Shown piece by piece: positions 1-8,994 of a stretch of DNA of 58,146 bases. The notes under the pieces are model-generated. The model ran no database searches and had not been told where the DNA came from. It saw only the letters and a list, made by a program, of their open reading frames with translations. How positions within the stretch are numbered: the stretch's first letter is position 1; each line of letters opens with the position of its first letter. Position numbers and translations under genes: made by a program. The stretch is from a virus (lineage: Duplodnaviria; Caudoviricetes): positions 1 to 58,146 of the IMG/VR virus record IMGVR_UViG_3300032320_002537. The stretch is one strand, 5' to 3'.

Positions 1-873
1 GGAGGAGCAGATACTCAAGTGTTTACAACTAATGGGACATGGACAAATCCGTCTCCATCGTCGAACAGGCTGGTTGATGTTTTGTTAATCGGTGGGGGTG
101 GGGGAGGTGGGTCCGGAAGAGTTGCTGCAAATGGCACTTCACGATCAGGTGGCGGCGGTGGAGAAGCAGGGGCTATAGTTTTATTTAGAACGTCAACAAA
201 CAGATTAGCCGCAAGTATACCAGTTACCGTTGGAGCAGGGGGAGATGGCGGTGCGAGTGTTCCTTTTTCTGCTGGATCAGCTAATGGAAACAACGGAACT
301 ACTGGCGGAAATTCAATCTTCAAAGGAGTTGTAGCACTTGGAGGAGATTATGGGAATGGAGGGATGTCTTCAACTGGGACAGGAGGAAGCACAATTGGCA
401 GCGTGTCGTTTTTTTATTCTGCCCTTAGTAAGTGGACAAGAGCCACTGGCGGGACTGGGCGTAGCACCAGTCAAGGAGACAATTCCCTAACCAGTCCTGT
501 TGAAGGCATCCCCACTGGCGGGGGTGGTGGTGGAGGAATATCATCAACCGATGTTTACTACAACGGCGGCTATGGTGGTATATCTGGGGACGAAGGCTAC
601 GGAGAACCTTACATCACATCAGCCGCACCTGGTGGAGTTTACTCTGGGGTTAATAATGCAGCCAATAATGGTTCTAATGGCATACAAGCGTCTATGAATT
701 ATTCTGGATGGGGTGGAGGTGGAGGTTCGGTTAACGGTAGAGGCGGGTCTGGTGGCTTGTATGGAGCAGGTGGAGGCGGGGGAGGAGCAGGATTGTCAGG
801 CGGCTTCCCTTCATTTGATTCTGGTGCTGGAGGACCAGGAGCAAGCGGAATAGTTGTTGTCATCACCTATTAA
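1..873 (+). CDS. Glycine-rich tail fibre/virion appendage protein, C-terminal part (5'-truncated by window)
   Basis: Frame is open from base 1 (GGADTQVFTTNGTWTNPS...VDVLLIGGGGGGG) and ends GASGIVVVITY*, the typical phage glycine-rich domain. Confidence 0.75.
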   Translation, partial: GGADTQVFTTNGTWTNPSPSSNRLVDVLLIGGGGGGGSGRVAANGTSRSGGGGGEAGAIVLFRTSTNRLAASIPVTVGAGGDGGASVPFSAGSANGNNGTTGGNSIFKGVVALGGDYGNGGMSSTGTGGSTIGSVSFFYSALSKWTRATGGTGRSTSQGDNSLTSPVEGIPTGGGGGGGISSTDVYYNGGYGGISGDEGYGEPYITSAAPGGVYSGVNNAANNGSNGIQASMNYSGWGGGGGSVNGRGGSGGLYGAGGGGGGAGLSGGFPSFDSGAGGPGASGIVVVITY

Positions 874-1005
874 GTTAAATATTATGAAACTTCTTGGCCT
901 TACGGTGTTAGAGGAGGCGGCTTCTCGGCGGGTGCCATAGCGTCAATGAACGCTGGTTCTGGGGGCTTTGGAGGAAGTGGATATGCCCTGATTATTGTTT
1001 ACTAA
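874..1005 (+). pseudogene. Orphan in-frame paralogous C-terminus of a glycine-rich domain (43 codons, no start)
   Basis: Directly after TAA 871-873, same frame: VKYYETSWPYGVRGGGFSAGAIASMNAGSGGFGGSGYALIIVY*, which parallels the end of the upstream gene. Confidence 0.6.
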
Positions 1006-1306
1006 GATAAGATGTTGCAGTTTTATATGCAGCATTAATAATCTCATCCTTAATCAATCTTTTAACTGTTAAAGGGTTAGAGTTCTTATCTAACATGTCC
1101 ACGACTACAATAGGATGAGTCTTATATCTTGACCCCACTAAATCGAATTCCACAAGAACCAAACTCGTCTCGGTTATAGGTTTGCCTGATATTAGGGTAT
1201 TATACTGTTCTTCGTAAATGTCTCTAATCTTTTCATCGAAAAGATTTATAAATCGAAAGAGTTTACCATCTCTATACACGATTCCGTTAATTTTTCTTTC
1301 GGGCAT
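992..1306 (-). CDS. Hypothetical protein
   Basis: 104-aa ORF in a tightly overlapping minus-strand run. Confidence 0.6.
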   Translation of the reverse strand: MPERKINGIVYRDGKLFRFINLFDEKIRDIYEEQYNTLISGKPITETSLVLVEFDLVGSRYKTHPIVVVDMLDKNSNPLTVKRLIKDEIINAAYKTATSYLSKQ

Positions 1307-1547
1307 CTTTTTCTTTAAAATACTGCATCATGTATTCGGCATTCAAACATTTAGTTAAACACTTATGACATATAGTATACTGTTTCGTAGTGATGTTATA
1401 ATCGGTAAAAAATCTACCATAACATTTACGGCAATGAGTCGGGGGTTTTCTGGTTAAAGGAATCTGATGGGGATCAGAAAGAGGGGTTTCAGATTCAAAT
1501 AATTCACCGGAGAATATAGAGAAATACCACATATTAAATAAATTCAA
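1287..1547 (-). CDS. Small Zn-finger-like protein
   Basis: CRKC and CHKC pairs; overlaps both neighbours. Confidence 0.6.
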   Translation of the reverse strand: MNLFNMWYFSIFSGELFESETPLSDPHQIPLTRKPPTHCRKCYGRFFTDYNITTKQYTICHKCLTKCLNAEYMMQYFKEKDARKKN

Positions 1548-1905
1548 TTTCGATTATTTTATCAGCAAATTTCGACGGTTTAGAAGAATCTGCATATTTT
1601 TCACTTAGGTTGACCAGACGAGATACATGTTTGTCGTTGGTCACTAGAGTCTTAATTCTATAATCGAGATAGAGTAGACCCTCATCGGAATAATCTTCGA
1701 TCTTAAAGGGATAAGGTAGTTTGAAAATATCAATTTTTTTGGTCTTTTCAATTGTAAGATCGTAATAGAAATTGTTCGCCAAAATATTGTTTTGGAATAG
1801 GAGAAATTTCCCTTTTTTAATTTCTACACCATCAACCGATATGATGATTTCTTTTTGGAGGTGTCGGCGAAGTATGTTTTCCAGTTCCGAATGATTATGT
1901 TCCAT
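1534..1905 (-). CDS. Hypothetical protein
   Basis: 123-aa ORF; TAAATA 6 nt upstream of ATG. Confidence 0.7.
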   Translation of the reverse strand: MEHNHSELENILRRHLQKEIIISVDGVEIKKGKFLLFQNNILANNFYYDLTIEKTKKIDIFKLPYPFKIEDYSDEGLLYLDYRIKTLVTNDKHVSRLVNLSEKYADSSKPSKFADKIIEIEFI

Positions 1906-1944
1906 TTTCTATATTTAGAAATAAAAATATTGGTCTGCAACATC

Positions 1945-2457
1945 TTATTTGCCAAAAAAGCTCTTCATTCTATTGAAAAATGGAGTAAATTTACTAACTA
2001 TTGATGATTTAGTTGAGTTCCTAGTCTGTGGTGATATCTTAGGATTTTGCACGATGTTTAACTGCCCTACATATCCCATAAAGTCCAATTTCTGCTGCTC
2101 GGTGTAAGTGTAGATATTATCATAGAAGTATTGTTTAAACTCTTCTATTGCTTCTGGTGTGGATACATCCCACTGCTTACGTATCTGCACTTGTTCCGAC
2201 CCAAACACCCTGTAGGATTGTCTAAATATATCCCATACTACGCACAAGTTTTTGGACTTATAGTCATACCCCATACCAACACCTTTTGGGGGTCGAAAAC
2301 GAAACACTTGGAATCCGAAATCACTATTAAGTAGTTCCGAATTCGTGGTTCCGAATAGTCCACGAATATCTGCATATTCTTCCCGTTTATGTCGTCGGAC
2401 AAATGACAATTCAACTACGTTTTTTCCCAAAAGAAATTGAAGAGAACTATTATTCAC
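1945..2457 (-). CDS. WYL_2/DUF2693-like SH3 beta-barrel protein
   Basis: LGKNVVELSFVRR...R...GTTN...VVWDIFRQSYRVF resembles the phage WYL_2 pattern; GTG start with TAAATA 8 nt upstream. Confidence 0.55.
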   Translation of the reverse strand: MNNSSLQFLLGKNVVELSFVRRHKREEYADIRGLFGTTNSELLNSDFGFQVFRFRPPKGVGMGYDYKSKNLCVVWDIFRQSYRVFGSEQVQIRKQWDVSTPEAIEEFKQYFYDNIYTYTEQQKLDFMGYVGQLNIVQNPKISPQTRNSTKSSIVSKFTPFFNRMKSFFGK

Positions 2458-2468
2458 AACTCTAGTAT

Positions 2469-4151
2469 TTACAAAACCAAACCGTATACAGATGTTCCGC
2501 AGTCATATATTTTATCATAATTGTTGTTCTGCATAATTTCCCATTCCGTCATGTTCGGATTACTGTTCTCGGGAAACATTTTTAGTGCTCTTTTTTTTGT
2601 GAATGACGTACGGTGAAGAAGCGTATAATAATCATCTCGTTTAACATAAAAATATGAAGGCTCTGTGTCTCTTATCTTTTTAAATTTTAAAATATCATAC
2701 AGATGTCCCGCACTAAATCGTCGGTTGGCATAACTAATTATCGATTGTGGGGTATATGTTAATTTGAAATAAGATAGCAATTTACTAGATGCCCCAATAA
2801 CAGAAGTATTTAATTTTGAACAGAAACGAAGCATTTCCCATTCATAGTTATTATTATATCGCGGTTTGCCGTACGTCATAACCGACACCATTTGGTTATC
2901 GAAAAACATCCCCAATTTAACCAGTGAGGGTATATACCCCTGAAGATGGTTTTCATTTAAAAAAACTCGCTCCTCTTCGGTGGTAATATTTCGTATAGAA
3001 CATTTTCGGGCATATATTTTATTTTTAAACATATTAACCTTTGCGCTAACTATGGATTTACAGATATCAAGGTTATATAACAGTTCGCTTTCAAAAAAGT
3101 GAAGGAGATGTATATCTTTATCTTTACACCCTTGAGTTTTATTTAAATGATAGTTTTTATCTTTTTTCCCCGCTAAAAATGAGTGCCAAAAATTACCATT
3201 TATCTCTATTGCTAATTTTTTACTCGGAATAACTATATCTAACTCTAAATTTCCACTTAAAATCGAACGGTCATTGGTTATACATTCGAGCGATAGTTCA
3301 TCGGTAATATAATCATATAAATCTTTATGATTTCGGGTCAATCTACAGTGTGGGCAGGTAGTCCCTTGGATCAAATTTTGAGCGGAAGATAAAAATTCAT
3401 GCCCGTTATCGCATAACACCGTAGATTTACTGGTGTTCGCTTTATATGTGAACTTATCTAAATTCAGTTTAGATGTAGGATGTCTGTCGGTGAAGACGTT
3501 TAGAAATTCATCTTGAGAATATGAACGGTCTTCGCGCATCTTTTCATCTCTACACTTCCGGCACCCGATTCCCCTAATGATACACCCCGCCATTATCTCA
3601 AATGCGCCATGCTCGGGACATATCAATGTGGATTTTTCTTCATATCCGCGATAACAAAATTGCGATAAATCGTATTTAAAATCTGGAAATTTCTCTTTTA
3701 TTCTTTCGACAAAATCAACATGTTTCATCGTTTTGCGTAATGATGTTTTTTCCGCAGCACATCGGGGACAACCATGACCTCGTAATAATCGCGCAGGAGA
3801 GGTATGAAATCGGCCATGTGTTTTACAGATAGCTATACTAGTCTTATCATAATTAACGTATTTAAATTCCGATAGATCAAATGGAATTTCTCCTAATTTT
3901 TGACCTAATTGATCGAGAAATTCATGTTTGCTGTATCTTTTTTTTGAACCACCTTCTCTACGAAGATTAGAACATATCTTACACCCCTGCCCTCGTAAAA
4001 TATGCGCGGGTGTAATATTAAAAGACCCATGTTGGGGACATATTAATTCCGATTTGGTTTTAGAGGAACTATAAGTGAATTTGGAAAAATCATATATAAA
4101 TTCAGGGAATTTTGCCATAACCCTAATAAAGAATAGTGATGTTTTATCCAT
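2469..4151 (-). CDS. Hef-like putative homing endonuclease: four Zn-binding repeats, Vsr/DUF559-like nuclease, C-terminal GNAT-like domain
   Basis: Four roughly 70-aa repeats (CxxHG...GCxxC type); ELDIVIPSKKLAIEINGNFWH nuclease motif; C-terminal YARKC...FLNENHLQG...ISYANRRFS...IYDCG. Confidence 0.75.
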   Translation of the reverse strand: MDKTSLFFIRVMAKFPEFIYDFSKFTYSSSKTKSELICPQHGSFNITPAHILRGQGCKICSNLRREGGSKKRYSKHEFLDQLGQKLGEIPFDLSEFKYVNYDKTSIAICKTHGRFHTSPARLLRGHGCPRCAAEKTSLRKTMKHVDFVERIKEKFPDFKYDLSQFCYRGYEEKSTLICPEHGAFEIMAGCIIRGIGCRKCRDEKMREDRSYSQDEFLNVFTDRHPTSKLNLDKFTYKANTSKSTVLCDNGHEFLSSAQNLIQGTTCPHCRLTRNHKDLYDYITDELSLECITNDRSILSGNLELDIVIPSKKLAIEINGNFWHSFLAGKKDKNYHLNKTQGCKDKDIHLLHFFESELLYNLDICKSIVSAKVNMFKNKIYARKCSIRNITTEEERVFLNENHLQGYIPSLVKLGMFFDNQMVSVMTYGKPRYNNNYEWEMLRFCSKLNTSVIGASSKLLSYFKLTYTPQSIISYANRRFSAGHLYDILKFKKIRDTEPSYFYVKRDDYYTLLHRTSFTKKRALKMFPENSNPNMTEWEIMQNNNYDKIYDCGTSVYGLVL

Positions 4152-4425
4152 GTTTTATCGGCGTATCGTATAGGGTAACAATCTCTATATATCTATTAAG
4201 TCTTATTTTCTGTTGAGACTCTGAAACATCTGGATCATTCCATGAACTATAATTTCTATCAGGGGGTGATATAGGGCGAACAAGAGTATAATCTCCATCA
4301 TGTGTCTTTAAACAATCCCAACAGATATATCCCGATCCCCCTTCGAAATGATAACCCGAATACTCCGCTTTTTCGCCGCAATTATCACAATTAAATGATT
4401 TTGAATTATCTATTCCACTCAACAT
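4144..4425 (-). CDS. Small Zn-ribbon protein
   Basis: CDNC and CWDC; overlaps neighbours. Confidence 0.55.
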   Translation of the reverse strand: MLSGIDNSKSFNCDNCGEKAEYSGYHFEGGSGYICWDCLKTHDGDYTLVRPISPPDRNYSSWNDPDVSESQQKIRLNRYIEIVTLYDTPIKHG

Positions 4426-4646
4426 AATGCATTAGAAGATACTCCTGAATGTGAGGTATTGAGGGGAAAGTAAACATCATGCTGCGGTGAGCAGTAGGTA
4501 CGCGTATTATTAGGTGTGACTTTTTTAAAGACAAGGTTTAAATGATCTTTAACGATTTGCACTTGTTCAGATGATAAATCGACCACATCCTCACCGTTCA
4601 ATTCAAAGAAACCCTGTAACCAATAGCAGAATTCACGCTCATTCAT
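4419..4646 (-). CDS. Phage hypothetical protein
   Basis: 75-aa ORF FCYWLQGFFEL...KDHLNLVFKKVTP in operon context. Confidence 0.65.
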   Translation of the reverse strand: MNEREFCYWLQGFFELNGEDVVDLSSEQVQIVKDHLNLVFKKVTPNNTRTYCSPQHDVYFPLNTSHSGVSSNALC

Positions 4647-4648
4647 AA

Positions 4649-5080
4649 TTACACATTCAACAAAAGTTGCTCTTCGATGTCTTGTTGCATTTCCTCATCA
4701 GTTCCTTCAAAATCTAAGACTGCCATAATAGCATCTTCTTTAACAAACCATGTCTTAAAACCTTCATATGACCGATATCCAGGTTGACCCGTCATTTGAG
4801 GTAAAATAACCCTATCTCCAGGTTTTGCATTAACTGAATCAGGTCCGACCATAATAACTTCTGCCAATCTATACGGCCCTTTAATCTGGCTGGCTTTAAC
4901 AAACAAGCTACCTTTCTTAAGAAGGTCTGCATCAGGTTCATCTAACAGTTTCAACCATAGGGTGTCTTTATAAAGCGAACGTATATTCCACTTATTCAAA
5001 TCAACATCGTGATTTATGATTTTCTCAGAATATATCTTCTTATCGATAACGGATTGTAGTAATCTCTCTTGTGCGTCCAT
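4649..5080 (-). CDS. groES: GroES-like co-chaperonin (T4 gp31 analogue)
   Basis: AEVIMVGP...KPGDRVIL...VKEDAIMAVL Cpn10 pattern. Confidence 0.8.
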   Translation of the reverse strand: MDAQERLLQSVIDKKIYSEKIINHDVDLNKWNIRSLYKDTLWLKLLDEPDADLLKKGSLFVKASQIKGPYRLAEVIMVGPDSVNAKPGDRVILPQMTGQPGYRSYEGFKTWFVKEDAIMAVLDFEGTDEEMQQDIEEQLLLNV

Positions 5081-5088
5081 AGTTGTGT

Positions 5089-5496
5089 TTATTTAGATTT
5101 TCTTTTATATTTTTTCAAGTTTTCTTCTTGTTCCTCTTCTACCATATCAGGGAAATCTGTAAAAAGTTCTTTAATTTCACGTTGACTACATTCATAGTAT
5201 TCTGCCAACTGTGCAATATTCGGAATAGGCATTTTAATAGTCTTTTCACTCTTCAACCATTCGATTTTTCGATACTGTGTCTTAGGTATTATCGTGTTAA
5301 TATAGTCGATATACTGCTGTGGTTCAAGATATTTCCCGTAGATATTTGCAGTCGTGTTTATGAATTGAGCAAGGACTGTTGAATGAAAAGATATACCTTT
5401 ATTGATCACCCACTGTGAACAATCGTCCCCGACTAAAAGTTCGAGGTCTTTCTTTCGGAATAGAACATTGTCTATTATATCAAAATTACTAATCAT
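5089..5496 (-). CDS. gp62: Clamp loader small subunit (T4 gp62-like)
   Basis: WVINKGISF...QYIDYINTIIPK...WLK...LAEYYECSQREIKE. Confidence 0.75.
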   Translation of the reverse strand: MISNFDIIDNVLFRKKDLELLVGDDCSQWVINKGISFHSTVLAQFINTTANIYGKYLEPQQYIDYINTIIPKTQYRKIEWLKSEKTIKMPIPNIAQLAEYYECSQREIKELFTDFPDMVEEEQEENLKKYKRKSK

Positions 5497-5981
5497 AGTT
5501 TTGTCGCTCTAATTCTAGTTGTTCTTACGAGGTTAAAGAACTCATCCTCTATCTTTTTCAAGAAATCTGAGTTACTGTAGTCGGAATTTATATTAAGAAT
5601 AGAAGCGAAGGTATTGTTATATTTGATCTTGGAACATACTACCTTTGCAACCGTTTTAGTTTCGGGAATTATTATTAAAGATTCTGGCTCAAAGTTCTGG
5701 ACTGTTCTAACCTCTATAATATCATCTCGTATAATATGTGACCCTTTTTCTTGACATCTATTGGACATATGATATGCAATCTTCATCAAAAATAAATCAG
5801 AAAAAAGTATCCCAGAACCCCTCGAAAAATGAGGGATTTCATATACTATCTCTATTTTCTCGGGTTGATCCGCTATCAGAATATTACCATCGTATGAATA
5901 TTTTGGATGTTCGGGATACCATGTGTTCATATCGCATATATTCTGCTCAGGATGATCTAATTTATAATATCGGTCAATCAT
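5493..5981 (-). CDS. Hypothetical protein
   Basis: 162-aa ORF with ATGA overlaps at both ends. Confidence 0.7.
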   Translation of the reverse strand: MIDRYYKLDHPEQNICDMNTWYPEHPKYSYDGNILIADQPEKIEIVYEIPHFSRGSGILFSDLFLMKIAYHMSNRCQEKGSHIIRDDIIEVRTVQNFEPESLIIIPETKTVAKVVCSKIKYNNTFASILNINSDYSNSDFLKKIEDEFFNLVRTTRIRATKL

Positions 5982-6712
5982 ATTGAAAAATTGTAATTCT
6001 TATATTCCTCTGCGAATTTTGCAGCTAATTTGTGCCATAGAGGATCATTTTGAAATTCACCTAAACCGTAATGGACGACGAAAATAGGCCAAACACCTAT
6101 AGACCGATTAGCCTTTTTAAGTTCTGCACATCCCGACATGTCATAGTGGTGGAATGTATATTCTTCCTTGAATTTAATAGGGTTCTCTCGGAACACCTTC
6201 ATATTGAAACTCATAAACAATCCATCTACGAAACATACTTCACTCGGTGTGGGACCAAAATAAGAAGAATTGATATATGGCGTGGGGAAACCTCTCGTGC
6301 TGGCAGGAATAGCATGTGAAACAAAGCCTCGACCATCGTTAGGTTGTTTAAGACATAAGTGCCATGCAGGGCCATGAGACATTTTCGTGTAGTTCTGACT
6401 GATAGAACCCGCTAATCCAACGACATCATATTTTTCATGTGCTTTTTTCAACTTCTTCAGAATGAATTTATCATGAATTTCCACATCATCGTGCATGAAT
6501 ACCACATTATTGATATGATCCCATCCAGAATAAAGGGCCATCTTCTCGTTATATATCTGCGAAATCCCTTTAGTGTTCTCTGCAACAATATCGATAGTCA
6601 CATTGAATAACTCTTCATTCTGTATCGCCGATAAGGTTTGATAGGGTTCAGAAGATTTATATTCATCAAGTGTCTTCGGAGTTGGAATTACAAATACTGT
6701 TTGTTGCATCAT
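5978..6712 (-). CDS. GT-A fold (family 2-like) glycosyltransferase
   Basis: ISQIYN...VFMHDDVEI (DxD-like), VVGLAG, VDGLFM, FHHYD. Confidence 0.75.
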   Translation of the reverse strand: MMQQTVFVIPTPKTLDEYKSSEPYQTLSAIQNEELFNVTIDIVAENTKGISQIYNEKMALYSGWDHINNVVFMHDDVEIHDKFILKKLKKAHEKYDVVGLAGSISQNYTKMSHGPAWHLCLKQPNDGRGFVSHAIPASTRGFPTPYINSSYFGPTPSEVCFVDGLFMSFNMKVFRENPIKFKEEYTFHHYDMSGCAELKKANRSIGVWPIFVVHYGLGEFQNDPLWHKLAAKFAEEYKNYNFSI

Positions 6713-6719
6713 ATGTATT

Positions 6720-6748
6720 ATGATACCACCATTTGGGGTTCAGATCAA
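6720..6748 (-). promoter_or_regulatory. Sigma70-type promoter, leaderless
   Basis: TTGATC-N17-TATCAT-N7-ATG with TG extended -10. Confidence 0.65.
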
Positions 6749-6792
6749 GTAAAACTTTAACTTTTACTATTTTAGGATAAATAGATTAATAT

Positions 6793-7488
6793 ATGAAATA
6801 TTCTCAATTTTTCACAAAACTTCTTCTTGAACAAGACCTCCCAAACGGTGGTAATTCCCGCACACACGCAGAAGACCCTAATGCAATGGAAGGATTTCTC
6901 GATCAGGGGACCGATTCCGATGAATTTTTAACTCAAGGTATTCAAGATACTTTCACAGCAGTTCAAAAACATTTCAATTCGAAAATGTCCGAATTTGCCA
7001 GCACTCTTTCGCCTGAAGCAGTGAAACAGATGCCTATGGGTCAGCTTAGAGAAAAACTCGGCAATGTATTCAAATTCGTCAATAAGATTAACATCTACTC
7101 AAATGGTAAAATCGATCAAATTTCTCAAGACCCTTATGCGATCATGGCGGCATTCCTTGCTAGTGAGCCGACTAAAATGTCAGCATTTGAAGAATTACAT
7201 AGCAATCTTGATGAATTCCAATCAGCAGTACAAGAACTCGAAGGTCAATTGGCATCCCTAAAGGGTCAGATCGATGATTTCGTCTCGGATGTTGAGGAAA
7301 TTGATGCAGAAGAAGCGCAAGAAAATCTAGGTTCTTTTCAAGGCGGTGGCTCTGGAGCACCCCAAAATGACAATATGATGAGGGGTAATCCTCAAAGTGC
7401 AGGTAGTGGTGGTGCCAATCTCGGTATGAGTTATTCGGAAAGCGTCCGTCATAAACGCTCACGTAAACACCGTATGATAAGAGGTTAA
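6793..7488 (+). CDS. Late protein, acidic coiled-coil; candidate internal head protein
   Basis: TAAATA 6778-6783; N-terminus MKYSQFFTKLLLE; heptad-rich middle region. Confidence 0.7.
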   Translation: MKYSQFFTKLLLEQDLPNGGNSRTHAEDPNAMEGFLDQGTDSDEFLTQGIQDTFTAVQKHFNSKMSEFASTLSPEAVKQMPMGQLREKLGNVFKFVNKINIYSNGKIDQISQDPYAIMAAFLASEPTKMSAFEELHSNLDEFQSAVQELEGQLASLKGQIDDFVSDVEEIDAEEAQENLGSFQGGGSGAPQNDNMMRGNPQSAGSGGANLGMSYSESVRHKRSRKHRMIRG

Positions 7489-8471
7489 ATCTTAAGTAAT
7501 CCTTTGCCACCCGAATATACATTATTCAAAATTAAAGCTGGATCAATAGTATCCAGCTTTTTTTCTACACAATAATCATTTAGGTCTTTGAATGGTGCGA
7601 AATCATTCTCGTAAAAAAATAAAGACTCTCCGTTTTTGAGTTTTTCGGATGCTTTACGTTTAACCTCATCGTTTTCAAATTTCAGGTTATCCATAACCCA
7701 TATTTTCTGATGGAACGGATAACTTCTAAGTTCATCTTCTTGCTCTGTAGTTAATTCTAACCCCGATACTGCGACTGCATTCTTAAGGAAGAATGAATCG
7801 ATCTGTCCTTCAAATATAAAGATGTTCGGCAGATCATCAGTCAAATTGTCTATACCAAATAGCGGTTTTTTAGAATTGAATTTTAGAACATATTTCGCCT
7901 TAGTGTCTGAGTCGAGCAGTTTTCTCGATGTATAGGACTCAATTTTATTGTTTTTATAGAACGGAATTATTAAACGATTCTTATGGTATTTGTCATTTAT
8001 ACAGACATACAATGCTTTGGGGGAATTTAATGCTGTGAACAATCTTCGCTGTTCACATACTTGTTTAGCCAATTGAACTATCCTATTACCTTTATAGTAG
8101 TCGAGTTGAACCTGACTCTTAAGATTAACACATTCCCCTGGCAGTTCTGGTAATACCCACTCTACCTTCTCAGTCTTTTCATGATGTAGAACGAATCCGC
8201 CCCCATCATCATAATCTTGCATATCCTCTTGTATTTCGCGATAGGACATTCCTGTAGCCTCTTTAACCCACCAATAGGGGTTCCATGACCGACTACAATG
8301 ATAGCAGTATAGGAAGTCATCTGACAAGTAATAATACAGTCTTCTTTTTCGGCCCCAATTCGATCCTTCATGGCAAATCGGACATCCGCCATTTATATAT
8401 GAAGAATATTGCCTCGCACCCTCTGAGATGGAGTAAAATTTAGATATGGTGTATGCTTGAGGTAGTTCCAT
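7485..8471 (-). CDS. gp61: DNA primase (T4 gp61-like); start revised to MELPQAY
   Basis: CPIC...CYHC Zn finger, RLIIPFY, IFEGQIDSFFL and VMDN TOPRIM motifs, FKDLND. Confidence 0.9.
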   Translation of the reverse strand: MELPQAYTISKFYSISEGARQYSSYINGGCPICHEGSNWGRKRRLYYYLSDDFLYCYHCSRSWNPYWWVKEATGMSYREIQEDMQDYDDGGGFVLHHEKTEKVEWVLPELPGECVNLKSQVQLDYYKGNRIVQLAKQVCEQRRLFTALNSPKALYVCINDKYHKNRLIIPFYKNNKIESYTSRKLLDSDTKAKYVLKFNSKKPLFGIDNLTDDLPNIFIFEGQIDSFFLKNAVAVSGLELTTEQEDELRSYPFHQKIWVMDNLKFENDEVKRKASEKLKNGESLFFYENDFAPFKDLNDYCVEKKLDTIDPALILNNVYSGGKGLLKI

Positions 8472-8485
8472 TATTCTTTCATAAG

Positions 8486-8513
8486 AATATACCACCAAAA
8501 TCCTGTATATCAA
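8486..8513 (-). promoter_or_regulatory. Sigma70-type promoter for primase
   Basis: TTGATA-N16-TATATT with GGTGG immediately before the -10, as in the 6720-6748 promoter. Confidence 0.5.
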
Positions 8514-8534
8514 TACAAATGATAAATAATAAAT

Positions 8535-8990
8535 ATGACACCAGATTTTGATACTTTTTGTGAATCGATAATTCGTGAGCTTTTCACGGCAAAAAGCAAA
8601 AGACGCGAACAAAAGTCTAGATATTGGGATGCCAGCATGTATCCGAAGGCTCAACCTCGAAAGGTTCAAACAATGACATCTAAAACTCCTTCACAAAGAA
8701 CCAAATTAGGGCAACAGCAATACATCGGTAATATCTGGGATATGGACGGTCCTAGGGGACAAAACAAGTCGCAGAAAACACCCCATGAAATCGCCGTTGC
8801 AAGAGGGAATGGTGGACATATAAGAATAGACGGGGTAAATCCTAAGCAACCAGGTGCAACAGTCCACTCAAAGCAGGGAGACATGGAAGTTAAATACAAT
8901 CTCGCTAATGGAGTTTCACGAGTCGGCAAAAAGGTCAATAAAAACTATTTCAAAGATGGCACTAAGATGAGATTTATGAAAGATAAATAA
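8535..8990 (+). CDS. Basic late protein; candidate internal head protein
   Basis: TAAATA 8523-8528; N-terminus MTPDFDTFCESIIRE; K/R-rich. Confidence 0.7.
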   Translation: MTPDFDTFCESIIRELFTAKSKRREQKSRYWDASMYPKAQPRKVQTMTSKTPSQRTKLGQQQYIGNIWDMDGPRGQNKSQKTPHEIAVARGNGGHIRIDGVNPKQPGATVHSKQGDMEVKYNLANGVSRVGKKVNKNYFKDGTKMRFMKDK

Positions 8991-8994
8991 TTAA

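Noticed and set aside
15-323. Pro-rich minus-strand ORF
   Set aside because: Antisense shadow of the GGN codons of the glycine-rich gene
760-1005. Diversity-generating retroelement VR/TR pair
   Set aside because: The two segments differ in length and at many non-adenine positions; no reverse transcriptase in the window
6743-6750. Second target for the TnpB guide (ACTTGATC)
   Set aside because: Only 8 nt match, explained by the shared -35 box
8472-8669. 66-aa N-terminal extension of the primase in the ORF track
   Set aside because: Overlaps the divergent 8535 gene and the promoters; ATG at 8471 gives a typical gp61 N-terminus
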